64,000 bases of DNA from a virus, in IMG/VR virus record IMGVR_UViG_3300042884_001120, positions 1 through 64,000 of that record; one strand, written 5' to 3'. Made by a program: the position numbers and the translations under genes. Below are positions 1-7,877 of this stretch, in pieces (within the stretch, counting starts at the first letter, position 1; each line of letters opens with the position of its first letter). Under the pieces are notes generated by a model. It was not told the DNA's origin. It saw nothing but the letters and a program-made list of their open reading frames with translations, and searched no databases.

Positions 1-337
1 TCGCATGAGTATGCGTAGCATTTGCGTAGTTACCCGTAACTTGCTTCGCATCTAGCGCAGACTGTAACCCTGTAACGTCTGAAATCGCATGAGTATGCGT
101 AGCATTTGCGTAGTTACCCGTAACTTGTTTACCACTCAACGCCGATTGTAAGCCATTAATGCCTGACATTTCGTGAGTATGCGTAGCATTTGCGTAGTTA
201 CCCGTAACTTGCTTCGCATCTAGCGCAGGCTGTAACCCTGTAACGTCTGAAATCGCATGAGTATGCGTAGCATTTGCGTAGTTACCCGTAACTTGCTTCG
301 CATCTAGCGCAGGCTGTAACCCTGTAACGTCTGAAAT
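1..337. repeat. 84-bp coding tandem repeat (~4 copies)
   Basis: tcgcatgagtatgcgtagcatttgcgtagttacccgtaacttg recurs at 84-nt period; encodes HTH-x-ISDVTGLQ tail repeat. Confidence 0.95.
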
Positions 338-667
338 AACTAGTGTAACGAAACCAACCTTTCCGGCAACGCTATCTACTGCAGAAGTAGGTATTTCTAT
401 ATACATACTTCCCGACCAACGGTATGTCTTACGAGTACCTATTGCTAAATAGATTTTTCCAGTTTCACCAGTAACGGGAAAATTTTCAAAATTTGAGTAT
501 TCTAATATCTCGTCTACGTAACTAGGAAGTTGCGATGATGGAATTACACCATTTACTAAGGTTGAATAATTTCCAGTCTCTTGTTTTGAGTCTAGTGCAG
601 TTTGTAGACCCCTAATTTGGGAAATTTCGTGTCCTTCTACCTTATCTACTGATGAAATTTTAATCAT
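1..667 (-). CDS. Tail fibre-like protein with phage tail repeats (runs off window start)
   Basis: Absent from ORF track; manual translation from ATG 667: MIKISSVDKVEGHEISQIRGLQTALDSKQ...PSSQLPSYVDEILEY...FPVTGETGKIY...YRWSG, then 28-aa ISDVTGLQxALDAKQVTGNYANATHTHA repeats. Confidence 0.8.
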   Translation of the reverse strand, partial: MIKISSVDKVEGHEISQIRGLQTALDSKQETGNYSTLVNGVIPSSQLPSYVDEILEYSNFENFPVTGETGKIYLAIGTRKTYRWSGSMYIEIPTSAVDSVAGKVGFVTLVISDVTGLQPALDAKQVTGNYANATHTHAISDVTGLQPALDAKQVTGNYANATHTHEMSGINGLQSALSGKQVTGNYANATHTHAISDVTGLQSALDAKQVTGNYANATHTHA

Positions 668-823
668 AAGAGTATTTACACTAAGTGTAGCACATTATGA
701 TAGATTTAGTTTTCTATTTTTATTATGTGTATAGACGGAACATTAATTCTTTAATGTCTATATCATTAAATGGTGCCCTTATAGTTTAAAACGCATCATT
801 AATTACTAAATAGCAATTAATAA

Positions 824-1381
824 TTATAGGTCAATTTTTACAAGAGCGTAGCCTTCTGTATCTACAGCACTTAAAAACTTGCCCACTACAACAATTCCAT
901 CGGTAGCAATTTTACCGTCATCACCTGCGTAAGCGGCATCACCAACATCTGGTAATCCGCCACCAGCACCACGATCAGTTAAATCAAAATCATTTACGAA
1001 AATAATACCCTTTGTTAAAATTGGCACTGCTTGGTTTGGTAACACGGCATCCATTTCAGCAAGTTTTCTTGGGTTATAGATAAGATACTCACCATTTTCA
1101 TCCACTTCTCTTACGTCTTTTAAGATAACACCAAAAGGTGCTGGAACCGTATTGTAAGTTGGTGTAGCAGTTACCTCTGCGACAACATCAAATCTGGCTG
1201 ATACAGCATTTGCCACACTTGAAAGGTTTGTTGGCAATTGTGATACGCCACCGTCAGTATTTTTCCAAGTATATACTGGTGTAACTAAAGTGCCCTTGGT
1301 TGTTGGGGCCTGTCCGGAATAAGAATACAAGTTTATTACGTCGTGCTCGCTATAGTTACGAAATGGTTTTAAATTTGGCAT
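824..1381 (-). CDS. Putative virion structural (capsid decoration-like) protein
   Basis: 185 aa; GDAAYAGDDGKIAT...VGKFLS C-terminus resembles cement/decoration proteins; upstream GTGTAA motif. Confidence 0.45.
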   Translation of the reverse strand: MPNLKPFRNYSEHDVINLYSYSGQAPTTKGTLVTPVYTWKNTDGGVSQLPTNLSSVANAVSARFDVVAEVTATPTYNTVPAPFGVILKDVREVDENGEYLIYNPRKLAEMDAVLPNQAVPILTKGIIFVNDFDLTDRGAGGGLPDVGDAAYAGDDGKIATDGIVVVGKFLSAVDTEGYALVKIDL

Positions 1382-1462
1382 AATCTTTAATAATGATTGT
1401 TAAATACAATTACACTTATTTTTATAAATCTGTAATATTTTTAATTTAAAAAAATACAGGTA

Positions 1463-1942
1463 TTATACGCCACTAGGTAGCGGCCAAACTGACGGCCCCC
1501 AACCGCAAGATCCATCTAACAGAGTATCAAACCTACGTCCTGTACAGTCTGCATAGGTTAATGTTAATGAACTACTACCCGTAATTGCCCTATACGAATA
1601 GGTTATACCATTTGTGTCTACAGCTGCCATTTCAACACTTGAATACGATAAACCACCAGAACAAATACCTAGAACCGAATCCCCCGATCCACTAATTGTT
1701 CCAAGATATTGCCAATCACAGCCTACGCAAAAAGTCGCCTGTGTGCCCTCTGGGGGACTAGTAAAAGAAATTCCACCAACTTTATAAACCAAATAAGTAG
1801 TAACATTTCCTAATGGGGGACAGCACTCTATAGTACTGCCGTCCTGAGCAGTGGTTTGGAATCTATATTGCTCGTCGCATTCACAAGGTGATCTATATCC
1901 TTGTGCCTCGCAACATAAACATGGGGCGGCATTTGTACTCAT
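1463..1942 (-). CDS. Cys-rich hypothetical protein
   Basis: 159 aa, many Cys; follows 1948..3072 closely. Confidence 0.6.
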   Translation of the reverse strand: MSTNAAPCLCCEAQGYRSPCECDEQYRFQTTAQDGSTIECCPPLGNVTTYLVYKVGGISFTSPPEGTQATFCVGCDWQYLGTISGSGDSVLGICSGGLSYSSVEMAAVDTNGITYSYRAITGSSSLTLTYADCTGRRFDTLLDGSCGWGPSVWPLPSGV

Positions 1943-1947
1943 ATTAT

Positions 1948-3072
1948 TTATATATAATTTACTTTAACGTTGAAAATAATGACCTGATTACAGTTACTTG
2001 CATTTACACATCTAAGTCTCCAAATAACGCCCTCAATTCCAAGACTATTAAATGAGCTAACGTAAACTGGTTTAGCTATACGATATGAAGAGAATTGGCC
2101 CTGCGAGTTTAAAAGAGCAAATCTTTCAGTTTCTCCAACATTAGGGTTGTCTCTTAAATATAAATTAACCTTATAAGCGTTAGACAAACTTGTTGACCCC
2201 AAGTAAGCGGCGCTTGGATATTCAATATTAACAGTACTAGCTTGTTGTGGGGCTAATTGTATTGACGGAGTACATGTAATAAATGGTCTTCTACCAGTAC
2301 ACTTATCTACAACGTAACCTAATTTAATAAACCCAACTTGGGTTGGCTCTGGTCTAAAGTCTGTTAAATTAGCATTTCTAAATTCTGCAAATTGATTTTT
2401 AATCTGTGCGGCTAGGTCAAATGTTTTAAATGCTGTTGTTCCTCCGGTTTGGTACTGTAATGTAAAAGTTCTAGTTATTGTTGCGGGAGGTGCTATTGTG
2501 ATATTTGTAGATGTACGTGTAGGTGCTGCATGAAATTGATTATTACCACCTTGAGTATAATTAATTTTTATTGTTCCTATTTTTAGCAAACTCAATAAAC
2601 GCGTTGCAGAGTTAATAGTTGCCCGTCCAGTACCATTTGTAACAGTTATTGTAACTGGTAGACCAGAAGTTGCCGTGCCAGCCGATAATGTAGTTGTGGT
2701 GCCACAAGTGTAAGGCCCCAAGTTAAGTGTTGCTGAAATAGTCTGCTGTCTTTTGCAAACAAATTGAATAGATTTAGTTGCCGCTGTCCAAACATTACTG
2801 CCGCTATTGCTTCCTGTTAAAATAAAATCACCCGGCGTTGTAACGGTAATATCAACCAAGTTAGCACGATTACCAGTGCCTTTAGTAACTGTTGCTACCC
2901 CACCATTACTACTACTAACTGTATAATTAATAGCTATAGCCGCATTACTTGTAAATGCATTAAATGTTATTATGGTCGAAGGACTGTTATAACTATAAAG
3001 CCTTGAGCTTTGAGTATTTGTAATACTCGAAACACTAATTATTTGTGTTTTTTTTGCAGTTACGATGGACAT
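1948..3072 (-). CDS. Ig-like/adhesin-type putative virion protein
   Basis: Thr/Ser-rich beta protein with QQTIS...ATSGLPVTIT Ig-like motif; GTGTAA 10 nt upstream. Confidence 0.55.
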   Translation of the reverse strand: MSIVTAKKTQIISVSSITNTQSSRLYSYNSPSTIITFNAFTSNAAIAINYTVSSSNGGVATVTKGTGNRANLVDITVTTPGDFILTGSNSGSNVWTAATKSIQFVCKRQQTISATLNLGPYTCGTTTTLSAGTATSGLPVTITVTNGTGRATINSATRLLSLLKIGTIKINYTQGGNNQFHAAPTRTSTNITIAPPATITRTFTLQYQTGGTTAFKTFDLAAQIKNQFAEFRNANLTDFRPEPTQVGFIKLGYVVDKCTGRRPFITCTPSIQLAPQQASTVNIEYPSAAYLGSTSLSNAYKVNLYLRDNPNVGETERFALLNSQGQFSSYRIAKPVYVSSFNSLGIEGVIWRLRCVNASNCNQVIIFNVKVNYI

Positions 3073-3121
3073 ACTTAGTATATTACACGTAACTTTATTT
3101 TAATGCGTAAAAAATGATTTT

Positions 3122-3355
3122 TTACCCCATATTTAAAAGGTTTTGTATACCATTTATTTCAAAAGCAATTTCTTCACTACATGTAATGTGGTTTATTCTG
3201 AATTTATATTTATTGTTAAAATAGTTAACAGTAGATTCTAATTCTTTTTTTGCCTCTTCAAGCGTTTTGAACCTACTTCTCATTCCACAATCCTTCCAAG
3301 CGGTTGTGTCTGGTTCCAATATTTCTAATAAATAAGTATCGCCTATGGTTGTCAT
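3122..3355 (-). CDS. Hypothetical protein
   Basis: ORF track, tightly packed. Confidence 0.6.
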   Translation of the reverse strand: MTTIGDTYLLEILEPDTTAWKDCGMRSRFKTLEEAKKELESTVNYFNNKYKFRINHITCSEEIAFEINGIQNLLNMG

Positions 3356-3356
3356 A

Positions 3357-3596
3357 TTATATTTTAGTAAAACAATCGATATTCAAATAATCATGCCATT
3401 CAATATGTTCATCTATCTCACGAGAAAAAGCAGTTAGTAAAAAATTAACTACTTGTTTTCTAGTTTTGCCCTGTTGAAAACAGTTGGTAATTGCCATTTC
3501 AATCTTAGTATCATTTTCTCCAGATGGTAAATCTATCATCCAGCTGGCGGCATTTTTCCTTCTCTTTTCTAAAAAGATATTCATTGAGTCGTTCAT
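3357..3596 (-). CDS. Hypothetical protein
   Basis: ORF track; ATGTAA variant motif upstream. Confidence 0.6.
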   Translation of the reverse strand: MNDSMNIFLEKRRKNAASWMIDLPSGENDTKIEMAITNCFQQGKTRKQVVNFLLTAFSREIDEHIEWHDYLNIDCFTKI

Positions 3597-3655
3597 ATAT
3601 AATTACATTGATTAATTATGAGTTACCCTTTTTATTGTAGGGGTATTGTTAACTG

Positions 3656-3829
3656 TTAGTGATTGATAGCAAACCATGCTATTATAGTAGCAATTATTGC
3701 AAGTACAGTCAAGCAAAGAATAGCATAAATAGCTTTACAAAAAAACGTGAATATTTTATATAAACCAAATAATAATACAAACGGTATTAGTATAAATCCC
3801 CAACACGCAGATATAAAAGGATCTAGCAT
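3656..3829 (-). CDS. Small two-TM membrane protein (57 aa)
   Basis: Manual: MLDPFISACWGFILIPFVLLFGLYKIFTFFCKAIYAILCLTVLAIIATIIAWFAINH; GTGTAA 8 nt upstream. Confidence 0.6.
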   Translation of the reverse strand: MLDPFISACWGFILIPFVLLFGLYKIFTFFCKAIYAILCLTVLAIIATIIAWFAINH

Positions 3830-3850
3830 AATATTTATTACACTAAAAAA

Positions 3851-3938
3851 TGGCGGAAGCAGTAGGATTCGAACCTACGAAGGCTTTAATACCTCAGCTG
3901 TTTTCAAGACAGTGTCCTCGACCAACCGGGCTACTTCC
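3851..3938 (-). tRNA. tRNA-Ser(UGA)
   Basis: GGAAGTA...CTTGAAA loop, long variable arm, GTTCGAATC, ends GCCA. Confidence 0.9.
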
Positions 3939-4019
3939 ATTAATATATAGTCCTGAGAAAATTGCTCTAGCGGGGCTTTTGGCCCGGACGTTACGCGCGC
4001 ACACTAGATACAGTGTAAT

Positions 4020-4104
4020 TGGTGGGCAGAGAAGGACTCGAACCTTCGAACTCTAATGAGAGCGGATTTACAGTCCGCTGTAATTGCCGCTATACGACCT
4101 ACCC
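4020..4104 (-). tRNA. tRNA-Tyr(GUA)
   Basis: GGGTAGG...GCGGA-CTGTAAA-TCCGC, GTTCGAGTC, ends ACCA. Confidence 0.95.
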
Positions 4105-4113
4105 AAGAAAATG

Positions 4114-4184
4114 AGCCCAGCCAGAGAATTGAACTCTGCTTTCCGATTTACAAAAACGGTACATCGCCACAATGTTTGCCGGGC
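4114..4184 (-). tRNA. tRNA-Thr(UGU), CCA not encoded
   Basis: GCCCGGC/GCTGGGC acceptor, TTTGTAA loop, GTTCAATTC. Confidence 0.85.
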
Positions 4185-4267
4185 GTAAAAAATTATGCAG
4201 AATTTGTTTTTATCTCATTAGCCTTGATCTGCTTTTGCTCTTCAGTTGGGTGCGACCCAACATAGCC

Positions 4268-4703
4268 TGGACGCGGCGGGAGTCGAACCCGCGTGTTTAA
4301 TATTGATTACTATATATTCATTCACATGTTTTGGTAAATTCAGCATTTGATTGACTAAAGGCTGCTATGGTTTACCGACCTATCTTTTAGAGTCTGCCTG
4401 ATATAGTGAAGAGTCTACATCCACCCCCTACGCTTGTTTTACGAGTATCGTAGATACTACTCTAACCTACTATATTTTCCAAAAGCTTAGTAGGATCTGC
4501 TTTTGGCGTTTATGCGGCCAATGCGTAAGACTCTTCTTCGGAGAAGAATTCCACAACATTTGTCATCACTGACTTGACTGCATTAACTGCATTAGTAATA
4601 ACTTTTGCATTTATGTTTTCGATCAGCTTTTAAGGTAGCCAACTGATCAACTACCACATGCATATACAGTTTTCAACGATTAAGTCGAAACCAGTACGCG
4701 CCC
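4268..4703 (-). ncRNA. ssrA: tmRNA, tag AKVITNAVNAVKSVMTNVVEFFSEEESYALAA
   Basis: 5' GGGCGCGTACTGGTTTCGAC; 3' T-arm GGTTCGACTCC then CGCGTCCA with G3.U70; pk1 GGTAG/CTACC plus GATCAG/CTGATC; tag ORF 4608..4510 after ATAAAT. Confidence 0.95.
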
Positions 4704-4796
4704 GAAAATTTTTAAAAGATCATTTGCAAAGACTGGCTCTGCAACTAGAGTTTATCTAGTATAGGATAATTACACAAAGTAATTTTGCCTACACAC

Positions 4797-4827
4797 TTAT
4801 AATAAAATTATTTATGTATATTGTCAA
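4797..4827 (-). promoter_or_regulatory. Sigma70-type promoter for tmRNA/tRNA cluster
   Basis: TTGACA-17nt-TATTAT; a GTGTAA motif also lies at 4770-4775. Confidence 0.6.
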
Positions 4828-4828
4828 A

Positions 4829-5032
4829 TTATTTCTTAACTTTTTTCCAAAACCAGTATGGGCCAACTATATCGTCAAAATATAAAGACAAATGCATGAA
4901 TTTTTGGTAGTAATAAAAACAAAATTCATTATTAATCTTGCTTAAGAAATCCCCACAATAGTAGAAAAATACAACTAAAAATTTATAAAATAAAATTTTA
5001 TTATTTAATAGAAGTGCGCGCATACAGATCAA
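4829..5032 (-). CDS. Hypothetical protein
   Basis: ORF track. Confidence 0.4.
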   Translation of the reverse strand: MICMRALLLNNKILFYKFLVVFFYYCGDFLSKINNEFCFYYYQKFMHLSLYFDDIVGPYWFWKKVKK

Positions 5033-5256
5033 AAGCAGTATTGATAAATTAAACTAATAAAAAAATAAACAAGAGACGGAACGAATAAAAAGCCACCATA
5101 CCCAATTAGGATATTTATCCAAGTGTTTTTAGGGTCTTCCACGAAAGCATCTACGTCTTCCTTGTAAATGAGAAATATTGCAATAATAGAAAAAACTATT
5201 GTAATAAGGTATACAATATCAAAGGTTATAAGTATTCTATTAATCAAGTTAAACAT
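5029..5256 (-). CDS. Small membrane protein
   Basis: Start moved to MFNLINR, downstream of tRNA-Ala; two hydrophobic segments. Confidence 0.6.
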   Translation of the reverse strand: MFNLINRILITFDIVYLITIVFSIIAIFLIYKEDVDAFVEDPKNTWINILIGYGGFLFVPSLVYFFISLIYQYCF

Positions 5257-5271
5257 AATTATTAAAGGTTT

Positions 5272-5523
<252 letters not shown>

Positions 5524-5532
5524 AATTAAAAT

Positions 5533-5608
5533 TGGTACGCGATGAGGGATTTGAACCCCCGACATTTTCCGTGTAAAGGAAACGCTACTACCACTGAGCT
5601 AATCGCGC
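5533..5608 (-). tRNA. tRNA-Val(UAC)
   Basis: GCGCGATTAGCTCAGTGGT...TTTACAC...GGTTCAAATCC...ACCA. Confidence 0.95.
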
Positions 5609-5653
5609 GCTATTATAATAATACTCTATATTTACGAAATTTTCAAGTAAAAA

Positions 5654-5863
5654 TTAATCACAATTTTTAACAGATGTCACAACTGTAAATTTATATAGTA
5701 GCATTGGGTTTTTCTTTTGAACTATCAATTCCTTTTTAGCGGAAACAATTAATTTTTTTAAAGACATTATGCTAACTTGCTTTTGTAGGGACTCTTCCGC
5801 TTCCTTCTCTGTTTTATAAAAACCACTCCATTTTTCAATATTGTTATTGAAGTTAGTTTCCAT
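5654..5863 (-). CDS. Hypothetical protein
   Basis: ORF track. Confidence 0.55.
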   Translation of the reverse strand: METNFNNNIEKWSGFYKTEKEAEESLQKQVSIMSLKKLIVSAKKELIVQKKNPMLLYKFTVVTSVKNCD

Positions 5864-5930
5864 AATAATTAATACACCAAGAAGTATAATCGGTCAGTAG
5901 TTAAAAAGAAATTTTTAAACATATAATAAT

Positions 5931-6632
5931 TTATCTATTATTCTTTCTTGCTGACATAGTTGTGGCAAATAATTCTTGCAGTTTTGACTGAATATTTTGG
6001 AAGTTTTTCTTTTCCCTTTTGTTCATTTTTGCGCTATCGGTAAGTTGATGTGAATCTACGCATATATATGCATTTATTTCGTCGGTTATTACCTGCTTTG
6101 AATATCCTATATTTAATAAATGAGATCTAAACTGCGCAAAAACAGATCTATTTAATTGGGATATAATTAAATTTACTTGCTCTCGATATTGACTGTCTAA
6201 ATAATAAATGGCATGACACATTTCATGTTTAATAGTATCTTTATCTTTAGGTTCGGCACCAATTAGGTAATATGGATTAGTATCATTGTATGACTCGTAT
6301 TCATCGGTAATTTTCCAATGAATTTCATCTATTACAAAATCGTACTCGTTGCCCCAATCCTCAAAATTTGCAGACATGAACTCGTCCACAACCGCGCCCG
6401 GCACGTTAAATCCAGCCCAATCTACGGGATATGTAAATACCCCATCACCAAACTTTTTGGCGTACATTCTTTGAAATTCTGTTATAGTAAAAGTTTTACC
6501 ACGAACTTGTTTAAATGGCGATTCGTAATACTCTTGTAAACGACAGAACGTCATTGCAAGATCGTATTGATCTTTTATAGTTACTAAAAAAATTCTCTTA
6601 TAAATTTCTTTGAGTTTGTAGTTAATTTTCAT
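5931..6632 (-). CDS. Hypothetical protein with HExxH zincin-like motif
   Basis: HEMCH...EINAY. Confidence 0.55.
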   Translation of the reverse strand: MKINYKLKEIYKRIFLVTIKDQYDLAMTFCRLQEYYESPFKQVRGKTFTITEFQRMYAKKFGDGVFTYPVDWAGFNVPGAVVDEFMSANFEDWGNEYDFVIDEIHWKITDEYESYNDTNPYYLIGAEPKDKDTIKHEMCHAIYYLDSQYREQVNLIISQLNRSVFAQFRSHLLNIGYSKQVITDEINAYICVDSHQLTDSAKMNKREKKNFQNIQSKLQELFATTMSARKNNR

Positions 6633-6672
6633 TTTATATCTACTGAAAGTTAATATTGTGAATTTTAAAAAG

Positions 6673-6755
6673 CTGGGCAGGAACGACTTGAACGTTCAGC
6701 GTCTTTCGACAGAGGTTCCAAAGACCCCCGAGTTTACCAATTCCTCCACTGCCCA
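6673..6755 (-). tRNA. tRNA-Gln(UUG) with atypical long variable arm
   Basis: TGGGCAG/CTGCCCA-G acceptor, GGGGT-CTTTGGA-ACCTC, extra arm GTC-GAAA-GAC, GTTCAAGTC. Confidence 0.85.
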
Positions 6756-6770
6756 TTAAATTTTTACTAT

Positions 6771-7193
6771 CTAAGTTACAACTAGTCTTTCTTTATATAA
6801 ATCACTTGCAAATTGTTCCGGAAGTATAACGTTTAGTGGTACCGAATAGAATAGTGGCGCAATATCTTTAGGGTCATATCCTGCCAAACCACATCCAATA
6901 AGAGTAACTAGAAAAGTTTTAGCGGGATTTTGTCTGGCAAAAGTAATGAAATCCTGAACGTGTTTTTCTATATCTGAATATTCAAGCGTTTCTATCGAAA
7001 AATCTTTAGTTGGTATGGCATAGGAATTACCATACATTCCAATGCCTTTGCCCAACACTGCCCCGAATTTTTCCCTTGCTAGTTTTGCGGCACCAGTCCC
7101 ATGAATACCAGCTAGATTACTACCAAAAACAAAAACTTCATTGTTTTCAAGTGAAGTTATGTTATCTGGCGTATAGTCGTAATTTTTACCCAT
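6771..7193 (-). CDS. A1S_2505-family (macro-like) phage protein
   Basis: VFVFGSNLAGIHGTGAA...SYAIPTK...IGCGLAG. Confidence 0.8.
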   Translation of the reverse strand: MGKNYDYTPDNITSLENNEVFVFGSNLAGIHGTGAAKLAREKFGAVLGKGIGMYGNSYAIPTKDFSIETLEYSDIEKHVQDFITFARQNPAKTFLVTLIGCGLAGYDPKDIAPLFYSVPLNVILPEQFASDLYKERLVVT

Positions 7194-7208
7194 ACTAATT
7201 TAGTAATA

Positions 7209-7736
7209 TTAAGATAGGCGATAGACTTTTTTGGGCTTACCCCTGCCACCAGAAATTTCCTTCACAATGGTAACCTTACCCTGCTTAAGGGCACTTCTTA
7301 CCAAATTATGGGCTTCGTATTCCTTGATGTCATTTTTGGAAACAATATCGTTTACGGTAAACTCTCCAGAAGTTCCGCCTAGTTCGTTTAGCGGCTTGGT
7401 ATGTTTCGATGGGCGCCCCCTTCTGCGGGGCGAGACGTTTTCTGCATTTTCTGTATTCATATTTTTATTTTCTGTTTTTTGTGAAAGCTTGGGTTCGCGC
7501 GTGGATTCCTTGGAAGACTTCTCAACTATGACAACATTTACATCGTTAGAAATGGGGAACCTAAAGCTTTTCCAATCGTCTGTAACGCTGTCTCTGCGTT
7601 CTCCTTGTACAGAAGTGCTTGACTCGTTGGTAGAAATAACCCTTAGATTTCTCATTAACTCTTTTAATGAAGGTATTTCAAAGCTATCTTCTGGCTCAAG
7701 CCATCCGAGTTTCTGTGTTTTTTGTGTATTCTTCAT
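7209..7736 (-). CDS. DNA-binding protein (AT-hook plus winged helix)
   Basis: RRRGRPSK and C-terminal GGRGKPKKVY. Confidence 0.6.
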   Translation of the reverse strand: MKNTQKTQKLGWLEPEDSFEIPSLKELMRNLRVISTNESSTSVQGERRDSVTDDWKSFRFPISNDVNVVIVEKSSKESTREPKLSQKTENKNMNTENAENVSPRRRGRPSKHTKPLNELGGTSGEFTVNDIVSKNDIKEYEAHNLVRSALKQGKVTIVKEISGGRGKPKKVYRLS

Positions 7737-7877
7737 TTATACATGGTAAATCTATTTTTATAGTTTAGCAAGTATTTTTTTTTCAAAGTAATTTAAATTC
7801 TTTTTTTTATTATACCCTAGAAAATTAAAAACAACACGCATCTATAGTGGAGTGGTTATTGATTTGGTGTAAATACT

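Noticed and set aside
1-337. 84-bp repeats (and the 60-bp repeats at 17236-17470) as CRISPR arrays
   Set aside because: No unique spacers; periods are multiples of 3 and encode protein repeats.
3747-4265. + strand ORFs 3747..3950, 3850..4056 and 4056..4265
   Set aside because: Antisense shadows of tRNA genes and of a small - strand ORF.
4190-4266. Peptide-like frame and GTTGGGT-CGC-ACCCAAC hairpin after the tmRNA
   Set aside because: No usable start for the longer frame; most simply a trailer or processing hairpin.
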